A stretch of DNA of 64,000 nt from positions 44,764,001-44,828,000 of the forward strand of contig OZ024744.1 of NCBI GenBank assembly GCA_964016885.1, read 5' to 3'. Within the stretch, counting starts at the first letter, position 1, and every line of letters starts with the position of its first letter. Of this stretch, positions 26,052-39,600 are shown one piece after another. Made by a program: the position numbers and the translations under genes. Below the pieces are notes generated by a model that did not search any database, was not told the origin of the DNA, and was given only the letters and a program-made list of their open reading frames with translations. Source of the stretch: Eledone cirrhosa. Taxonomy: Eukaryota.

Positions 26052-26213
26052 TGTTTCTACTTTTGGCACAAGACCAGCAATTATCCAGTACATTACTGGT
26101 ACTTTATTTTATCGACCCCGTAAGGATGAAAGGCAAAGTTAACCTCGGCGGGATTTGAACTCAGATCGTAAAGCTGGAAAGCATGTCTGACCCTCTACCA
26201 ATGCTGCCAATTC
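26052..26213 (-). mobile_element. tRNA-derived SINE (octopus-type), degenerate
   Basis: Minus strand shows an A-box-like TGGCAGCATTGG (26198-26209), a B-box GTTCAAATCC (about 26151-26160) and a conserved core CTTTGCCTTTCATCCTTACGGGGTCGATAAAATAAAGTACCAG. The 3' end CTTGTGCCAAAAGTAGAAAC runs into (ATT)n. Confidence 0.8.
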
Positions 26214-29200
26214 TTCTTTATTGGCCACAAGGGCTAACATGAAGAAAAACATTACAGACGGCACAGAACGGTATAGGACGATAAAAAAATGGGTTATTGT
26301 CGTGTAAAAAAACGTTTATAATAAGAAGATAGAAATATCAAAAAAATTTAAGCAAGAAAAATTCCCCAATAGGGGGGAAACTTCCGAGGGTCACTCGTGG
26401 CGAAAACCACACAAAAGAGCACTGCCACCCTGACCACCAAGGCAAGCGCTGTCTTTCAGTTTTCCAATTCTCAGTCTGCAGGCGCATACTCAGAGCGGGC
26501 ACGTTCACTCGGACCAGACACGCCACTTTCACCCACCTTTCAACAAACTTACTAGAAGACAGACTTGTCTCTCCCCCCTGATTTTCCTCTTCAACTGAAT
26601 TTTGAAAAGGTTAATCAGGGATTGGCCAGAAGGGAAAGTGTCCGTCTTCAATCCTTTCAGCCTTGTCCACCACACATTCTCTTTCGCCATGGCCACCAGG
26701 CAGATGAAAGCTGTCTGCCCTTCCTCCTCTTTAAAGGAGGACGGCGGGGCTATCTGCACAATGCACTCAGTCGAAAACCAGATCCGTCCTACACGTGACA
26801 GCAAATGTTCGACATAGCTCCACAGGTCAGCAATGCTCGGACACTGAACGAGTGTGTGTACAATGGTTGTGTTGCTATGTGCGCATCTCGGACAGGTTCA
26901 GCTGATGGCACTTCCGTGTCTGTAGAGCTTATCTCGACCCGGCAACGCTCCCCGGTAGCACTGCCAGGCCAGGGATTTCTGGAAGTTGTTCATAGAAACC
27001 AGGCGGAAAGTTCTCTTGAAGAAAGCGAACAGCTGATCGTCTTCGACGACCAGGGTCTCACCGAGAACGTCGTCACTCTTCCCCTCCACTAGTCCTCTAC
27101 AGAACGCCGAGGTGGATGTTTCACCGATACTAGTGCCCAGCCGGTAGATGGCGGTGAGCGCTTAGAGACATTCCAGCTTCCAAGCACTAACCCTCGCTCT
27201 TTTCCTGATCTAAGAGTACAGCTCCGTTAATGAGACCAGCTGGGGAAAAACACATCTGGCAAACGGTGACCACACCTGTTCACCGTCAAGGAAGCACCAG
27301 AGATGTCGCAGCCTCAGCGCGTGTTTGCGCATCATCAGCCACGGCATGCCCTGTCCTCCACGCAACGGGTGTTGACAGCAGATGGATCGTCTGACCATGG
27401 GAGCAAGTCCCTTCCATAAAAAGAGGAAGCGCTCAATTTTTGTCAGAGTTGGACCGGGGCAAGTTACAACGGTTAGGCGGTAGCAGATGACGGATACGAT
27501 GAACGCATTCGCCACCTCTGCCCGATCTTTCAGGGACAACTTCCTCTCGGCCCATTTCTGGGTGAGAGATACCAACCTGTTCGTCACCTCGCTCCAGTTC
27601 TTCTCCATCTGGAGATCTAGACCGAACCAGACCCCGAGCAACGATCCAACCTCTGAAAATGGGCCCGAAACCAGTCGCCTCGAGGACCGCCGCCAGGTAC
27701 CGATGGTCGACCCTATCAAATGCCTTAGATTAATCTAAGTTGATGAAAGCCCCACCCGTGCCAGGTTCCTTAACCACCCTCTCTATGATGTGTCGCATGA
27801 GGTGTAGGTTTCGTGGATGGATCTGTCTGGAATGCGCATATCTGCGCCTCTCCTACCATATTACCGACGACAAGCGCCAATCTCGTTGCTAACACTTTGG
27901 ACAAAATCTTGAAATCTGTGTTTAACAAAGTTATGAGCCTGAAGTTAACTATAACGTCCCCTTTGTAAGGGTTTTTTCTCAACCGTTCCCCGGTTCACAA
28001 AAGTGGAAATGCTCCCGTTCTGCTGCCAGCTGCAGTAGACGTCTGCCAAGAGGTCGCCGAACAAGTCTGGCATGTACGCATAAAGCTCGTAGGTCAGACC
28101 ATCCAAACCTTTTCGTATTTCACCTGTTGTTATCGACTTTTCGCAATACTGCACTGCGGTCATCGAGAGCTGCGGCAATCCCTCCAATTATGCATTGAAG
28201 TTCATACTCCGATCTGGCCCGCCGCCGCTCCCAAACAGTTGAGCAAAGTTCTGCTGAAAAGCCTCACACATCTGCTCGGGTTCGAGTAACATGTGCCCGT
28301 TTTGGTCAGGCAAGGATTGAATTATGGACTTGTTGCCACGTCGCACTTCCACCACCCGACTACCCGACTACCCGGGCCCATTGCACAGCTGTTGTTCCCT
28401 CTCGTCTCAGAGCACACGCTCTAGATCTGACAACGCAGCCTTGATCGTTACATTGAAGAGTTGGTCGTGTGCCAATCTTACCGCAAGCACGTCGGTTGCG
28501 ATGCCTGTCCTAAACGCCGCTTCTAGCTTTCAAGCTAGCTCTCCTTCTACTCTGGTTTCCTCTATCTTTACTCCTTTAAACCTTATTGATTCTACTCTAA
28601 TTGCCCTTTTCAGGGTAAACCACCACTTGTTGTTGACGAGCGCACCCGTCAACGCACGCTTAACTAATTCGCATATCCTATCTATGTAAGCTTTAGGTGC
28701 CGGGAAAGACGCGTTCAGCTTCCAGTAACCGCGTCCTTGCCTATGAAGTTTATCTAAGTCGACTTCACAGATCACAAATTTGTGGTCCGAGTAGCCGACT
28801 ACTTTAAATTGTGGACAACCTACGCTAACCTTATCTGTTTCCCTACACAATAACCTATGTAGATACCACCTGGATGACCCGATGCTGATAATCCAGTCAA
28901 TACCTGTCAGACAGTTGAAAACGTCTGAGCAGGTTGGTGAAGCTTTTATATCCTCCTCCCTTATTTACAGCCCCACATAATCCCAGCGTGCATCTAAGAT
29001 ACCGTTCCAAGCACCCACTAACACTAAAGAGCGGGACGTTCCAAGAAAGGTCTCTAGACGTCTGAAGAAATCTGGCCGCCCTGCTCCTGTTGGGGCGTAG
29101 ACGGCTACTAGCCTGAAAACATTGCCTTCGCTGCCTGTAACGTCCAGTACTACCGACTTACTTTCTGCGTCCAGGAAGATGGCCCAGACGGCTGGCAGAT

Positions 29201-30455
29201 GCGTATACATCGTAGCCGCCGAGGATCAGTGTGAATCTCGTGCTTCGGAAATTCTGGTCTCGCTGATGGCCACCTCATCTATGTTTAGTGACCTGAGATC
29301 GTTAAGCAGGTGGCCCTGCTTCCAAGATGACCCCAGGCCACGTACATTTATACTGCCTATTCTAAGTAAGGCCATTTTGGGTAAGGAATGGAGTAAGTGA
29401 GAAAGGATCACCTACCCTGATCGTGTGGGAAAGGGTCAGTTGAACCGTCCCTTTGGCTGGTCATGGGTGTCTCCAAGATGATGTCGGTGTATATCCCTTT
29501 GGTAACAAGGCCTTTTGGATTTGAGACCCCGTGGCTCTCTCCACCTGATGTGAGATTCTGCTTACGGTGCGGTAAGTCACCGTCCGTAGCTGCTGGTCCT
29601 TGAAAATATCGGGTGGAGGTTTCAGGGAAACTCTATTGGCGCTTCTTGTCACCATGGCCCTTGCGACTGCCATCTCCTCCTCTGTGACTAACACTGTTTC
29701 GATATTTCGGGTGACACCTGCAAAAGAAGTGGTCCCTTTTTCAGCAGCACCACTATTGCTGCCGCTACTGCTGCTACTGGTCTTGCTGGTGGTGCTGAGA
29801 TCGTTGTTACTGGTATTGATGTCATTGTTGTTGTTTTCTTTGGTACTGTTGTTGCTGTTACTGTTGTTGTGGCTGTTGTTATTATTGATTTTGTTGATAC
29901 TGTTGCTGTTATTACAGTTATTGTGGCTGTTATTGTTTTTGTTGATACTGTTCCCACTATTATTGTTGTTGTGGCTGTTGTTATTGTAATTGTTATTGTC
30001 GTTCTCGACCTTACCGTTGTTGTTTTTGTTGTTGCTATTGTTATTGTTGGTGTTGTTTGTGTTAGTAATATTTGGTAATTTTAAATCTGTAACGATATCA
30101 TTAAAAATGATATTGTTCCTCTTTTCTTTCGTAATATTTTCTTTTATATTTACCTTCGCTAGAACGCTGTCTTGTTGATATGTTGACAAAGTCTCCCTCT
30201 CCCTGTGTTGTCTGACAGAGCTCTCTCTCTTTCTTGTGTTATCCATTTTGAAAGAAATTTTTTTCAAATAATTTTTTACATAATACGACACGCCATAAAG
30301 GGGTGCCGTATTATTTACGAGTGAACCCATGTATATGGTGGGTCACTTCTTCTAAACCTTTATCAAGTTTAAAACTTGAAAAGGTTAAGAACAGTTGAAA
30401 ACGAGGTATACTGTTGAAAAAAACTGGAGCCGATAAGAAGCGTGGCTTCACCTTC
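26214..30455 (-). mobile_element. Tx1-type copy E5 (family B), both ends present, several internal deletions
   Basis: Family B 3'UTR. ORF2 fragments up to ATG at about 29375 (MALLRIGSINVRGL). The ORF1 N-half 29461-30330 (Asn-rich; SFAGVTRNIETV..VERATGSQIQKAL) is joined to its C-terminus by a deletion. The 5' end abuts (AAT)n at 30456-30470. Confidence 0.9.
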
Positions 30456-30470
30456 AATAATAATAATAAT

Positions 30471-33400
30471 AGTTTCATTTATTGGCAAAAAGGGCCAACA
30501 TATAGGGGACAATACAAAAGACAGAGACAGTGGGTGTTTACATATACAACGTGTAAACAATATAAATAACAATAATAAAATAACAATAAAAATACAAGGA
30601 AAATTCCCCAATAGGTTGGATGACCAACCATGGTTAGCTCAGATCTCCCACCAATGCTGAATGACCCGACTTTCGAGAGCACCCAGGAAGGGCACCCCTC
30701 TCCTCCTCATATCACCCACCTACAGGCGCATGATCAGAGTAGGCCCACTCATATGGGCCATTCTCGCAGCTAATGTACTGCGGGGCAGCACTTCTATCTC
30801 CACCCTCAGCTTCCTTTCCAAGTGAAACTTGAAAAAGTTGATGAGGGATTGGCCGAAGAAAAAAGTGTCTGTCTTCAGTCCTTTCAACCTCATCCACCAT
30901 ACAACCTCTTTCGCTACTGCCACCAGACAGAGGGACATTGCCTGCCCTTCCTGGCCAAAAGAAGGCGGCGGGTCGATCTTCACTATGGACTCGGCCGATA
31001 ACTGGATCCGTCTACACGCGACAACAGCTGTTCCACATAACTCCACAAGTCAGTAATGCAAGGACACTGGACAAGTGCTTGCAGAACAGTTTCGTCGCTC
31101 TGTGCGCATCTCGGACAGGTCCGCCTGAAAGTACTTCCGTGCCTGTAGAGTTTACCCCGAACTAGCAGTGACCCACAGTCGCACTGCCAAGCGATGGATT
31201 TTTGGAAATTATCCATCGTCCCGAGCTCGAAAGTCCTCCGGAATAGACTGGTTTATTCGACTTCGTAGAGTGCCAGAGCCTCTCTGAGTGCGTCGTCGCA
31301 ATTGCCCACCACTAATCCTCTATAGAACTCGAGAGTGGAAGTTCCACTGACCGCATTACCGGCCTGGTAGAGGGCAGTGAGTGCCTGGCAACATTCCAGA
31401 TGTCAGTCACCCAGTCTAGGTCTATTCTTGACCCAGGACTGCAGCTCAGTCAAAGAGACGAGCTGCGGAAAGGCCCGTCTGAAAAAGGGCGACCACACCT
31501 GTTCACCGTTTAGGTAGAATATCTGGAGATGCCGCAGCCTCAGTGCATGTCTGCGCATCATTAGCCACAGCATGCCCAGCCCTCCACGTAGAGGGTGCTG
31601 GCAGCAGATGGACCGCCTCACATACGGACCCTGTTCCCTCCACAAGAATTTGAAGAGGAGCCATTCCAAGTTGGCGACGCGTGAATTGGGGCAACCGACG
31701 ACTTTCAGTGATAGCTTCCTCGCAGCCCATTTCTGGGTGAGACTGGCTGCCCTGCCCGTCACCTCGTCCCAATTCTCATCCACCTGGAGGTCTGGCCCGA
31801 ACCAAGCAACTTTGCCGGTCCGTCCGTCCACCGCCCAACGACGCTGATGGACGGCATGGATTTGGTACTCCAGGTGCCGAGTTGCAAGCCCACCGATTTT
31901 TCCGGGTTACGTTTTGCTCCCGTCAACCTTTCATATTCCTCCAATAAGTTGCCGACCACTTCGATTTCCGAGGTGTCCGACACCATCACGGTGATGTCCG
32001 CATAAACCGACACAGCCTTTTTGCGTCCTGGTTCGAGCGGGATGCCCTGCAACAGCTCCAGCTTCCGCAGTAAAGGCTCGAGAGTCACTACGTACAGAAG
32101 GGAGAGCGCATCCTTGACGGACCAATCGGGAGATCTGAAACGGTTCCGAGAGGTGGCCATTAATTTTGACCACCGAGCAGGTGCCGCTTTGCATTGCAAC
32201 GATCCTGCTTCTGAAGACGGGGCCGAAGCCAAATGCCTTGAGGACAGCCTCCAGGTACCGATGGTTGACCCTATCGAATCCTTTCGATTGATCTAAAATG
32301 ACCAGAGCCCCACCGAAGCCAGGTTTATACCCTACCCTCTCTATGATGTATCGGATCGGGTTGAGGTGTCGAGTATGGACCTGGTCGGAATTGCGCAAGT
32401 TTACGCCTCCCCAACCAAATCCTCGACGACAATTGCCAACCTCTTCGCTAACACCTTGTTGAGCAGAGTTATGGGCCTGAAATTGTCTAATGTGTCCCTC
32501 TTGTACTCGACTTTCCTTATCGGCACACATAACTTGGAATACTCCCGTTTTGCTGCCAGTTGCAGTAGAGCGCTTCGAGGAGATCGGAGAACAAGTCTGG
32601 GATATTTACGTCAAGCTCGTAGGGCATACCATCCAAACCGGGTGACTTTTGCCTCATGCAGCCGATAAGGGCGTCCTGAATCTCGGCTGAAGTAGTCGGC
32701 CTTTCGCAGGTAGGGACTGATGTCCCCCACAGTCTCTGACTCGCCACTTCCCCCGAACAACTGAAAAAAATGTTGGCGAAAGGTCTCACACATCTGCTTG
32801 GAATCGTTCATCCCGTGTCCGTCTCGGTCCGTCAAAGACTGAATCGTGGTTTCATTACCACGCTGCGCCTCTGCTAAGCGGGCTAATCGAACAGCTTTGG
32901 TTCCCTCGTTTCTCAGAGCACACACCTTAGCTCTGACAACGCAACCTTCGTGTTTCGCATTGAAGAAATGATTTAATGCCATTCTCACGCTAGCACGTCA
33001 GTTGCAATTCCACTACAAATACCCTCGTCTAACTTATCTACCAGCTCGCCCTCGTTTCAATTTTTCTCTAACGCTAGTTCTTTGCTGAAATCTATCGAAA
33101 TTACTCTAATCTCTTTTTTGAGAGCTCCCATCATCTATTGTTGACGACTCCCCCTGTCAACTTTTGCTTAACTAAATTGTTGACCCGGTACCTGTAAGCC
33201 TTACGTGCCGGAAACGACATATTCAGCTTCCATTAACCAGGTCCTAAACTACGCGTCTTATCTAGGTCGACTATACAGATCTCAAACTTGTGATCTGAAT
33301 AGGCGACCGTATGTAATTGTGGACACCCTATACTATCTTTATCCACTAATCTCATTAGAAACCTATCTAAGTACGATCTAGATGTCCCTAAACGATTTGT

Positions 33401-36048
33401 CCAGGTCCACACTGGCGCATTAGGGAAATCTAGTCGGTACCTGTCAGACAGTTGAAACTGGCTGATCAGGTACATGAGGCTTTTTCACCCCCCGCTCCTA
33501 TCGGAACATCCCACACAGTCCCAGCGTGCGTCTAAGATGCCGTTTCAGTACCCCGCTAACAGTAAAGGGCGAAACGTACCCAGAACGTTTCCAGGCATCT
33601 AAAGAAATCCGGCCGTCCTGCCCCGGTAGGGGCGTAGACGGCCAGCAGTCTAAAGGCACCACCTTTGCTATTGTTCACGTCCAGGACCACCAACTTACCG
33701 TCCGGGTCCCGGAAGATCTACCTTACCTCGAGATCTAGGCCTTTCCTAAACAGCACTGCCACCCCACATCCCATTCCCAAAGATATGATAGTCGTCGAAA
33801 ATAGGGGCTAGTGCACGCGTGTCAGAAATCCGGGTCTCGCTGACGGCAATTACACCCATTTCTAGAGACTTGAGGTCGTTGAGCAGGTGACCGTGCTTCC
33901 AGGACGATCCCAGGCCTCGAACATGTAAACATCCTACTCTTAATATGACCATGTTGGCAGGCTAAAAGAGAGATGAAAGGTTTACTTACCTCCCGGGCTC
34001 TTGTGAACGTCGGGTGGTTTGACCTCCATAGTTGGTGGCGTTTCTTTTGAGAACCCCTCTAAAAGCCTACTTGAGACGTTAACACTGGGTGTTCCCACAT
34101 CATTGGGGAAGCTCTCCCTAATTGTTTTACAATTGCTTAGTGCTATTCGCACCAGCAAGAGTGTTTGTGGCACCTTGAAGGTGCAGGTGTTAAACGCCTC
34201 CCTCTCTTTCTCTCTTTTCTTACTTCGTGTTATGAGGTTCAGTAGTTTTGTGTTCGATTTCCTCACTAACACAAAGTTAGGTGTTGTGGTTGTAAGATGT
34301 TGCTGTGTGTGTTTTCCTTTAGTTGTTTGTGTTAGTGGTAGTGTTGTTGGTGGAGATGGTGTTTGTGTTGACGGTTGTGTTGTTGCTGGGGTGGGTGTTG
34401 TAGTATGTGTGGCTGTGTTTGGTGCGAATGTGTCTTTTTGTGTGCTGTTTGTGTTGGTATGTGAGATTTCTTATTGTTTTGTTTTTTGTTTTTTTGGCTT
34501 TTGATGTTCCTCCTCCTCATCTTCGCTTAGTGATGAAGAGGTTTCTGTATTTGTGTCAGATGTAAGTGGCAGTGATTGTATGGGTGTGTGTGTGTGTTCG
34601 ATAGGGAGGGGGCGGGAGAGTTTCTTTGGAGTGGCCCTTGGGTGGTTTTGGTGGTCTTTGCAGTTGTTGGCTCTGCTGGTATTGCTGCTGTAGATTTTGT
34701 AGTTGGTGTTGTTGTTTCGCGATGAGGCCCCGGTGTCGGCGGCAGCGGTGACATTTGACCCCTTGCATTTTTCAACAGCTGAGAGCAGAAGGCTCGCAAG
34801 TGTGGTTTTTCGCCGCAACCGAAACAGTGCGGCCTTTTGCCCTCATCCATCACTTGTAGAGTCTTGGAGGCAGATCTCTCCGGTATTTTCTTTATTTCTT
34901 CATGTTTGATCAACCCCGGACCAGTCCTCTCCTCCTGTCCTGGTTACCTCTATTGGGACGGCAACTGACCCCTCCACAATCACGCATCCCAAGAGCCACC
35001 ACATATCTAGTCCAGGTGGAATCCTGGGAATGGGGACTCTAATCATTCTTTTTCCATGTACATAATAACCTTGCTGGTTTTGCAAAGGGTCGTCGAGTGC
35101 TTCAAAGTGAGGGCCTCCGACTTAAACAGCACAGAGATGGTGCCCTATTGTCGACCCCTCGCTACATACTCTCTATCTCCTCTGATGCACCTCAGCGCAG
35201 CCTCGACGTCTGCTTGGGAAGAGTTTGTGGCTCTTTTCGTCTCAGCTGAGATGCATCTGAGGACCAGACTTCTCTTCTCCACTGCTTCTATGGTCTCTGC
35301 TGTGACCGTTAAGTTGGCCCAGCTTTGCTCCTGTTTGATAAGCAAAACTTTGTCTCCTTGTCTGTCAAGTCCATGTTGAAGCATGGCCTTTTCTTGGCTG
35401 CTGCTGCAGCGCAAGTGTTCTTGTTGTCGTTGGCGTTGTTGTTGTGGTTGTTCTTATTGCTATTATCACTGTTGCAGTTGATTATATCTTTGGTGCTGCC
35501 GTTGTTGTTGTTGTTGTTCTCGGTGCAGTTGGTATTGGTGTTGGTGCTGTCACTGTTTATGTTATTGTTAGTGGTGTTAATTTCGTTGTTTTTGTTGTCA
35601 TCATTTCTCTCTTTTGGTTATCGCTGTTACTGCTGTGGTTGGTATTATCGTGGTTTGTTTTAAAGGTTATTGTTCTCACTATTGGTGTTGTTGCTGCAAC
35701 TATGCTGTTTGTGGTGATGTTGCTAAATGTAGTATAAATCAATGTGTCTGCCGCTTCCCTCCTCTCAACATTTAGGACGCTGTCACACGACAGCAGACTT
35801 ATATTTGGGGGCGTGGCTCAGCCATGATTTTTTTGTTTTGTTTTTTTTTCGAGAATTTTTTAAAATGCAAAAGAGTTCAAATATTTGGGCCAAAATTCCC
35901 AAATATTACACAGTCACCCCTTTAGAGGACAAAGACGGAAGTCTTACGAACCCTTTCAAAGAATACAACAATTATTATAAATGAAAATAAACAGAAAATT
36001 TCCTACTTTTGCAGAGCTCCAAAAATACGTCGTTACTGACTTACAGCC
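30471..36048 (-). mobile_element. Tx1-type copy E6 (family C), full-length and decayed
   Basis: Family C 3'UTR. ORF2 fragments 30720-33952 (MVILRVGCLHVRGL). ORF1 fragments 33982-35825 (CFGCGEKPHLRAFC). AAT tracts on both sides. Confidence 0.92.
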
Positions 36049-36069
36049 AATAATAATAATAATATTAAT

Positions 36070-36371
36070 GGTTTCTTTATTGGCCACAAGGGCTGACATC
36101 AAGAAAAACATTACAGACGGCACAGGACGGTACAGGACGGAACGATGTGGGTTTTGTACGTGTAACATTTTTATTATTTATATAAAAAACGAAAAAGCAA
36201 AAAAAGACATAGAAACATATAAACAATAAAAACATATAAACAATAAAAATGAAAATTGAAACACGGAAAAATTCACAATAGGGGGGGAAACCTCCGAGGG
36301 ATACACGTGGCGAAACCACACAAAAGACCACGGCCACCCTGACCACCAGGACAAGCGCCCTCTCTCAATTT

Positions 36372-36373
<2 letters not shown>
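36070..36373 (-). mobile_element. Tx1-type copy E7 (family B), 3'UTR-only 5'-truncated insertion
   Basis: Highly similar to 18838-19120. Flanked by (AAT)n at 36049-36069 and 36374-36427. Confidence 0.93.
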
Positions 36374-36429
<56 letters not shown>

Positions 36430-36676
36430 TTTCTTTATTAACCACAAGGGTTTACATAAAGTAGACATTAAGGACAGTGCAGGACAATGCAGGACGGTAC
36501 AAATGGGCATTTCTGCGTGTAAAAAACAAAAACAGAGGATGTAACAAAAATAACAATGAAAAATTCCCCAATAGGGGGGAGACTTCGGAGGGACATTTGT
36601 GGAGAAAGCCCAGTAAAAAGCCACAATGACCCTGACCACCAAGGCAAGTGCCCTCTCCCAGTTTTCCACCTTTAAT

Positions 36677-39600
36677 TTACAGATATATGCTCAGAGTAGG
36701 CCCATTCACTCGGGCCATTCTTGCTTCTCTCACCCATCTTTCAACAAAATGCTGGGAAGAGAGCACTTCCCTCTCTACTCTGATTTTCCTTTTCAAATGA
36801 AATTTGAAAAAGTCAATCAGAGCATCACCGAAGAGGTAAGTGCTCGTCTTCAGCCCTTTCAAACGTGTCCACCATACTATCTCTTTCGCCATGGCCACCA
36901 GGCAGATAAAAACTGCCTGCCCTTCCCGGCTAAAGGAGGAGGGCGGGGCAATCCTCACGATGGACTCAGATGATAGCCGGATCCGTCCTAAACGCGACAG
37001 CAGGTGTTCGACATAAACCCACAAGTCAGCAATTTTCGGACACTGGACGAGTGCGTGCAGGACGGTTTCGTCGCCCTGCGCGCATCTCGGACATGCCCGG
37101 CTGACGGCACCTCCATGCCTGTAGAGTTTATCCCGAACTGGCAAGGCTCCTCGGTAGCACTGCCAGGCCAGAGATTTCTGGAAGTTGTCCATAGGCCCTG
37201 GCCCGAAAGTTCTTCCGAAGAGATTGGCTAGTTGATTTTCGTCGACGCCTAGAGTTTCCCCAAGTACGTCGTCGCTCTTCCCCTCCACTAATCCTCTATA
37301 GAACGCCGAGGTGGAGTTTCCACCGATCACATTGCCCGATTGGTCGAGGGCTGTGAGCGCCTGAAGACATTCCAGTCTCCAGGCGCTCCCTCTCGGTCTT
37401 CGCTTGACCCAGGACTGCAGCTCCGTCAAGGAAACGAGCTGGGGAAAAACGCGTCTAGCAAACGGCGACCACACCTGATCACCGTCGAGGAAGAGGTGGA
37501 GATGTCGTAGCCTGAGCGCGTGCCTGCGCATCATCAGCCACGGCATGCCCAGCCCTCCACGTAGCGGGTGTTGACAACAGATGGACCGCCTGACCATCGG
37601 AGCACGTCCCTTCCACAAAAAGCGAAAGAGCAAACGCTCCAGCGCAGTCAGGCGAGGCTTAGGACAAGGTACGACGGTTAGGCGGTAGCAGATGACAGAC
37701 GCGATGTACGCGTTAGCCACCTCCGCTCGACCTTTCAGGGATAGCTTCCTCTCCGCCCATTTCTGGGTGAGAGAAGCCACCCTGCTCGTCACCTCGTCCC
37801 AGTTTTTGTCCGTCTGGAGGTCCGGACCGAACCAGACCCCTAGCAATTTAACCGGTCCGTCCGTCCAGCGCCCGACGACGCTGTTGGACGGCATGGACCT
37901 GCCTCTCCAGGTGCCGAGCTGCAGGCCCACTGACTTTTCCTGGTTGATCATTGCTCCTGTCACCGCTTCGTATTCTCTTAGTGTAGTGCCGATCGCCTCG
38001 ATGTGTTTGGCGTTCGACACCACTACGGTGACATCGTCCGCATATGCTGACACGGATCTTCCGCATCCTAGTTCGCGCGGGACTCCCCTCAACGTCTCCA
38101 GTTTGTGCAGTAATGGCTCGAGAGTCAATACGTACAAGAGGGACGAGAGGGGACATCCTTGGCGGACCGAGCGCATGATGTTGAACGGTTCCGACAGGTG
38201 ACCGTTCACTCTCACCACAGAGCAGATGTCGCTGTGCATGGCAGCGATCCAGCCTCTGAAGACGGGCCCAAAGCCAGCCGCCCTCAGGACTGCCGCTAGG
38301 TAACGATGGTCGACCCTATCGAAAGCTTTCGACTGATCTAAATTGATCAAGGACCCACCCGTGCCAGGTTCCCTAGCTACCCTCTCTACGATGTATCGCA
38401 TGAGGTGGAGGTTGTCGTGGATGGATCTGTCGGGAATGGCGCATGTCTGCGCCTCTCCCACCAGACCACCAACGACAAGCGCCAACCTCTTTGCTAGCAC
38501 CTTGGCCAAAATCTTAAACTCTGTGTTTAGCAGAGTTATGGGCCGGAAATTGTCTATGTTATCCCCCTTGTTCGGATCCTTTCTCAGCAGTGCCACCGCT
38601 CCTCGGCTCACAGAACTGGGAATTCTCCCGTTCTGTTGCCAGTTGCAGTAGACGTCCGCCAAGAGGCCTCCGAACAAGTCTGGCATCTGTACGTAAAGTT
38701 CATAGGGCAGACCATCCAAACCAGGCGATTTACCCCTTGTGCAGCCAGTCATTGCCTCCCGTACTTCAGCGGCTGTTATCGGCTTTTCGCAACACTTCGC
38801 CTCAGTGGCCGAGAGCCGCGGCAGTCCGTCGAGGTAGACACTAAAGTCCATCCCTCTACCCGGCCCCCCGCTGCCCCCGAACAGCTGAGCGAAGTGTCGC
38901 TGAAAAGCTTCACACATTTGCCCGGGATCGAGTAGCATGCGCCCGTCGTGGTCCACCAAAGACCGGATCGTGGCTTTGTTGCCACGACGCGCCTCCGCCA
39001 CTCGGGCCCATTGAACGGCTTTCGTCCCCTCGTGTCTGAGAGCACGCACCCTAGCTCTGACAACGCAGCCTTCGTGCTTTGCATTGAAGAATTGGTCAAG
39101 GGCCAATTTCGCCGCAAGCACGTCGGTCGCAATGCCTTTGCTAAGCGCCTCGTCTAATTTTCTAACTAGTTCTCCCTCTGCTCTATTTTTCTCTATTGCT
39201 AAAGCCTTACTAAATCTAATCGATTCTATTCTAATCGCTCTTTTCAGAGCAAACCACCACTTGTTGTTGACGATGGCCCCCGTCAACGCCCGCTTAACTA
39301 GTTCGCTAATCCGGTCTCTGTAGGCCTTGCGCGCTGGTAAGGACGCGTTTAGCTTCCAGTAGCCGGGTCCTCGTCTATGAAGCCTATCTAAGTCAAGCAC
39401 ACAGATCACGAATTTGTGGTCCGTGTAGCTGACTATCTTGAATTGTGGACAGCCTATGCTAGACCTATCTATTTCCCTACAAAATACTCTATCTAGATAT
39501 GATCTGGATGACCCTATGCGGTTTGTCCAAGTCCACATTGGCACATTCGGGAAATCCAATCGGTACCTGTCAGACAGTTCAAAACGCCTGAGCAGGTTGG

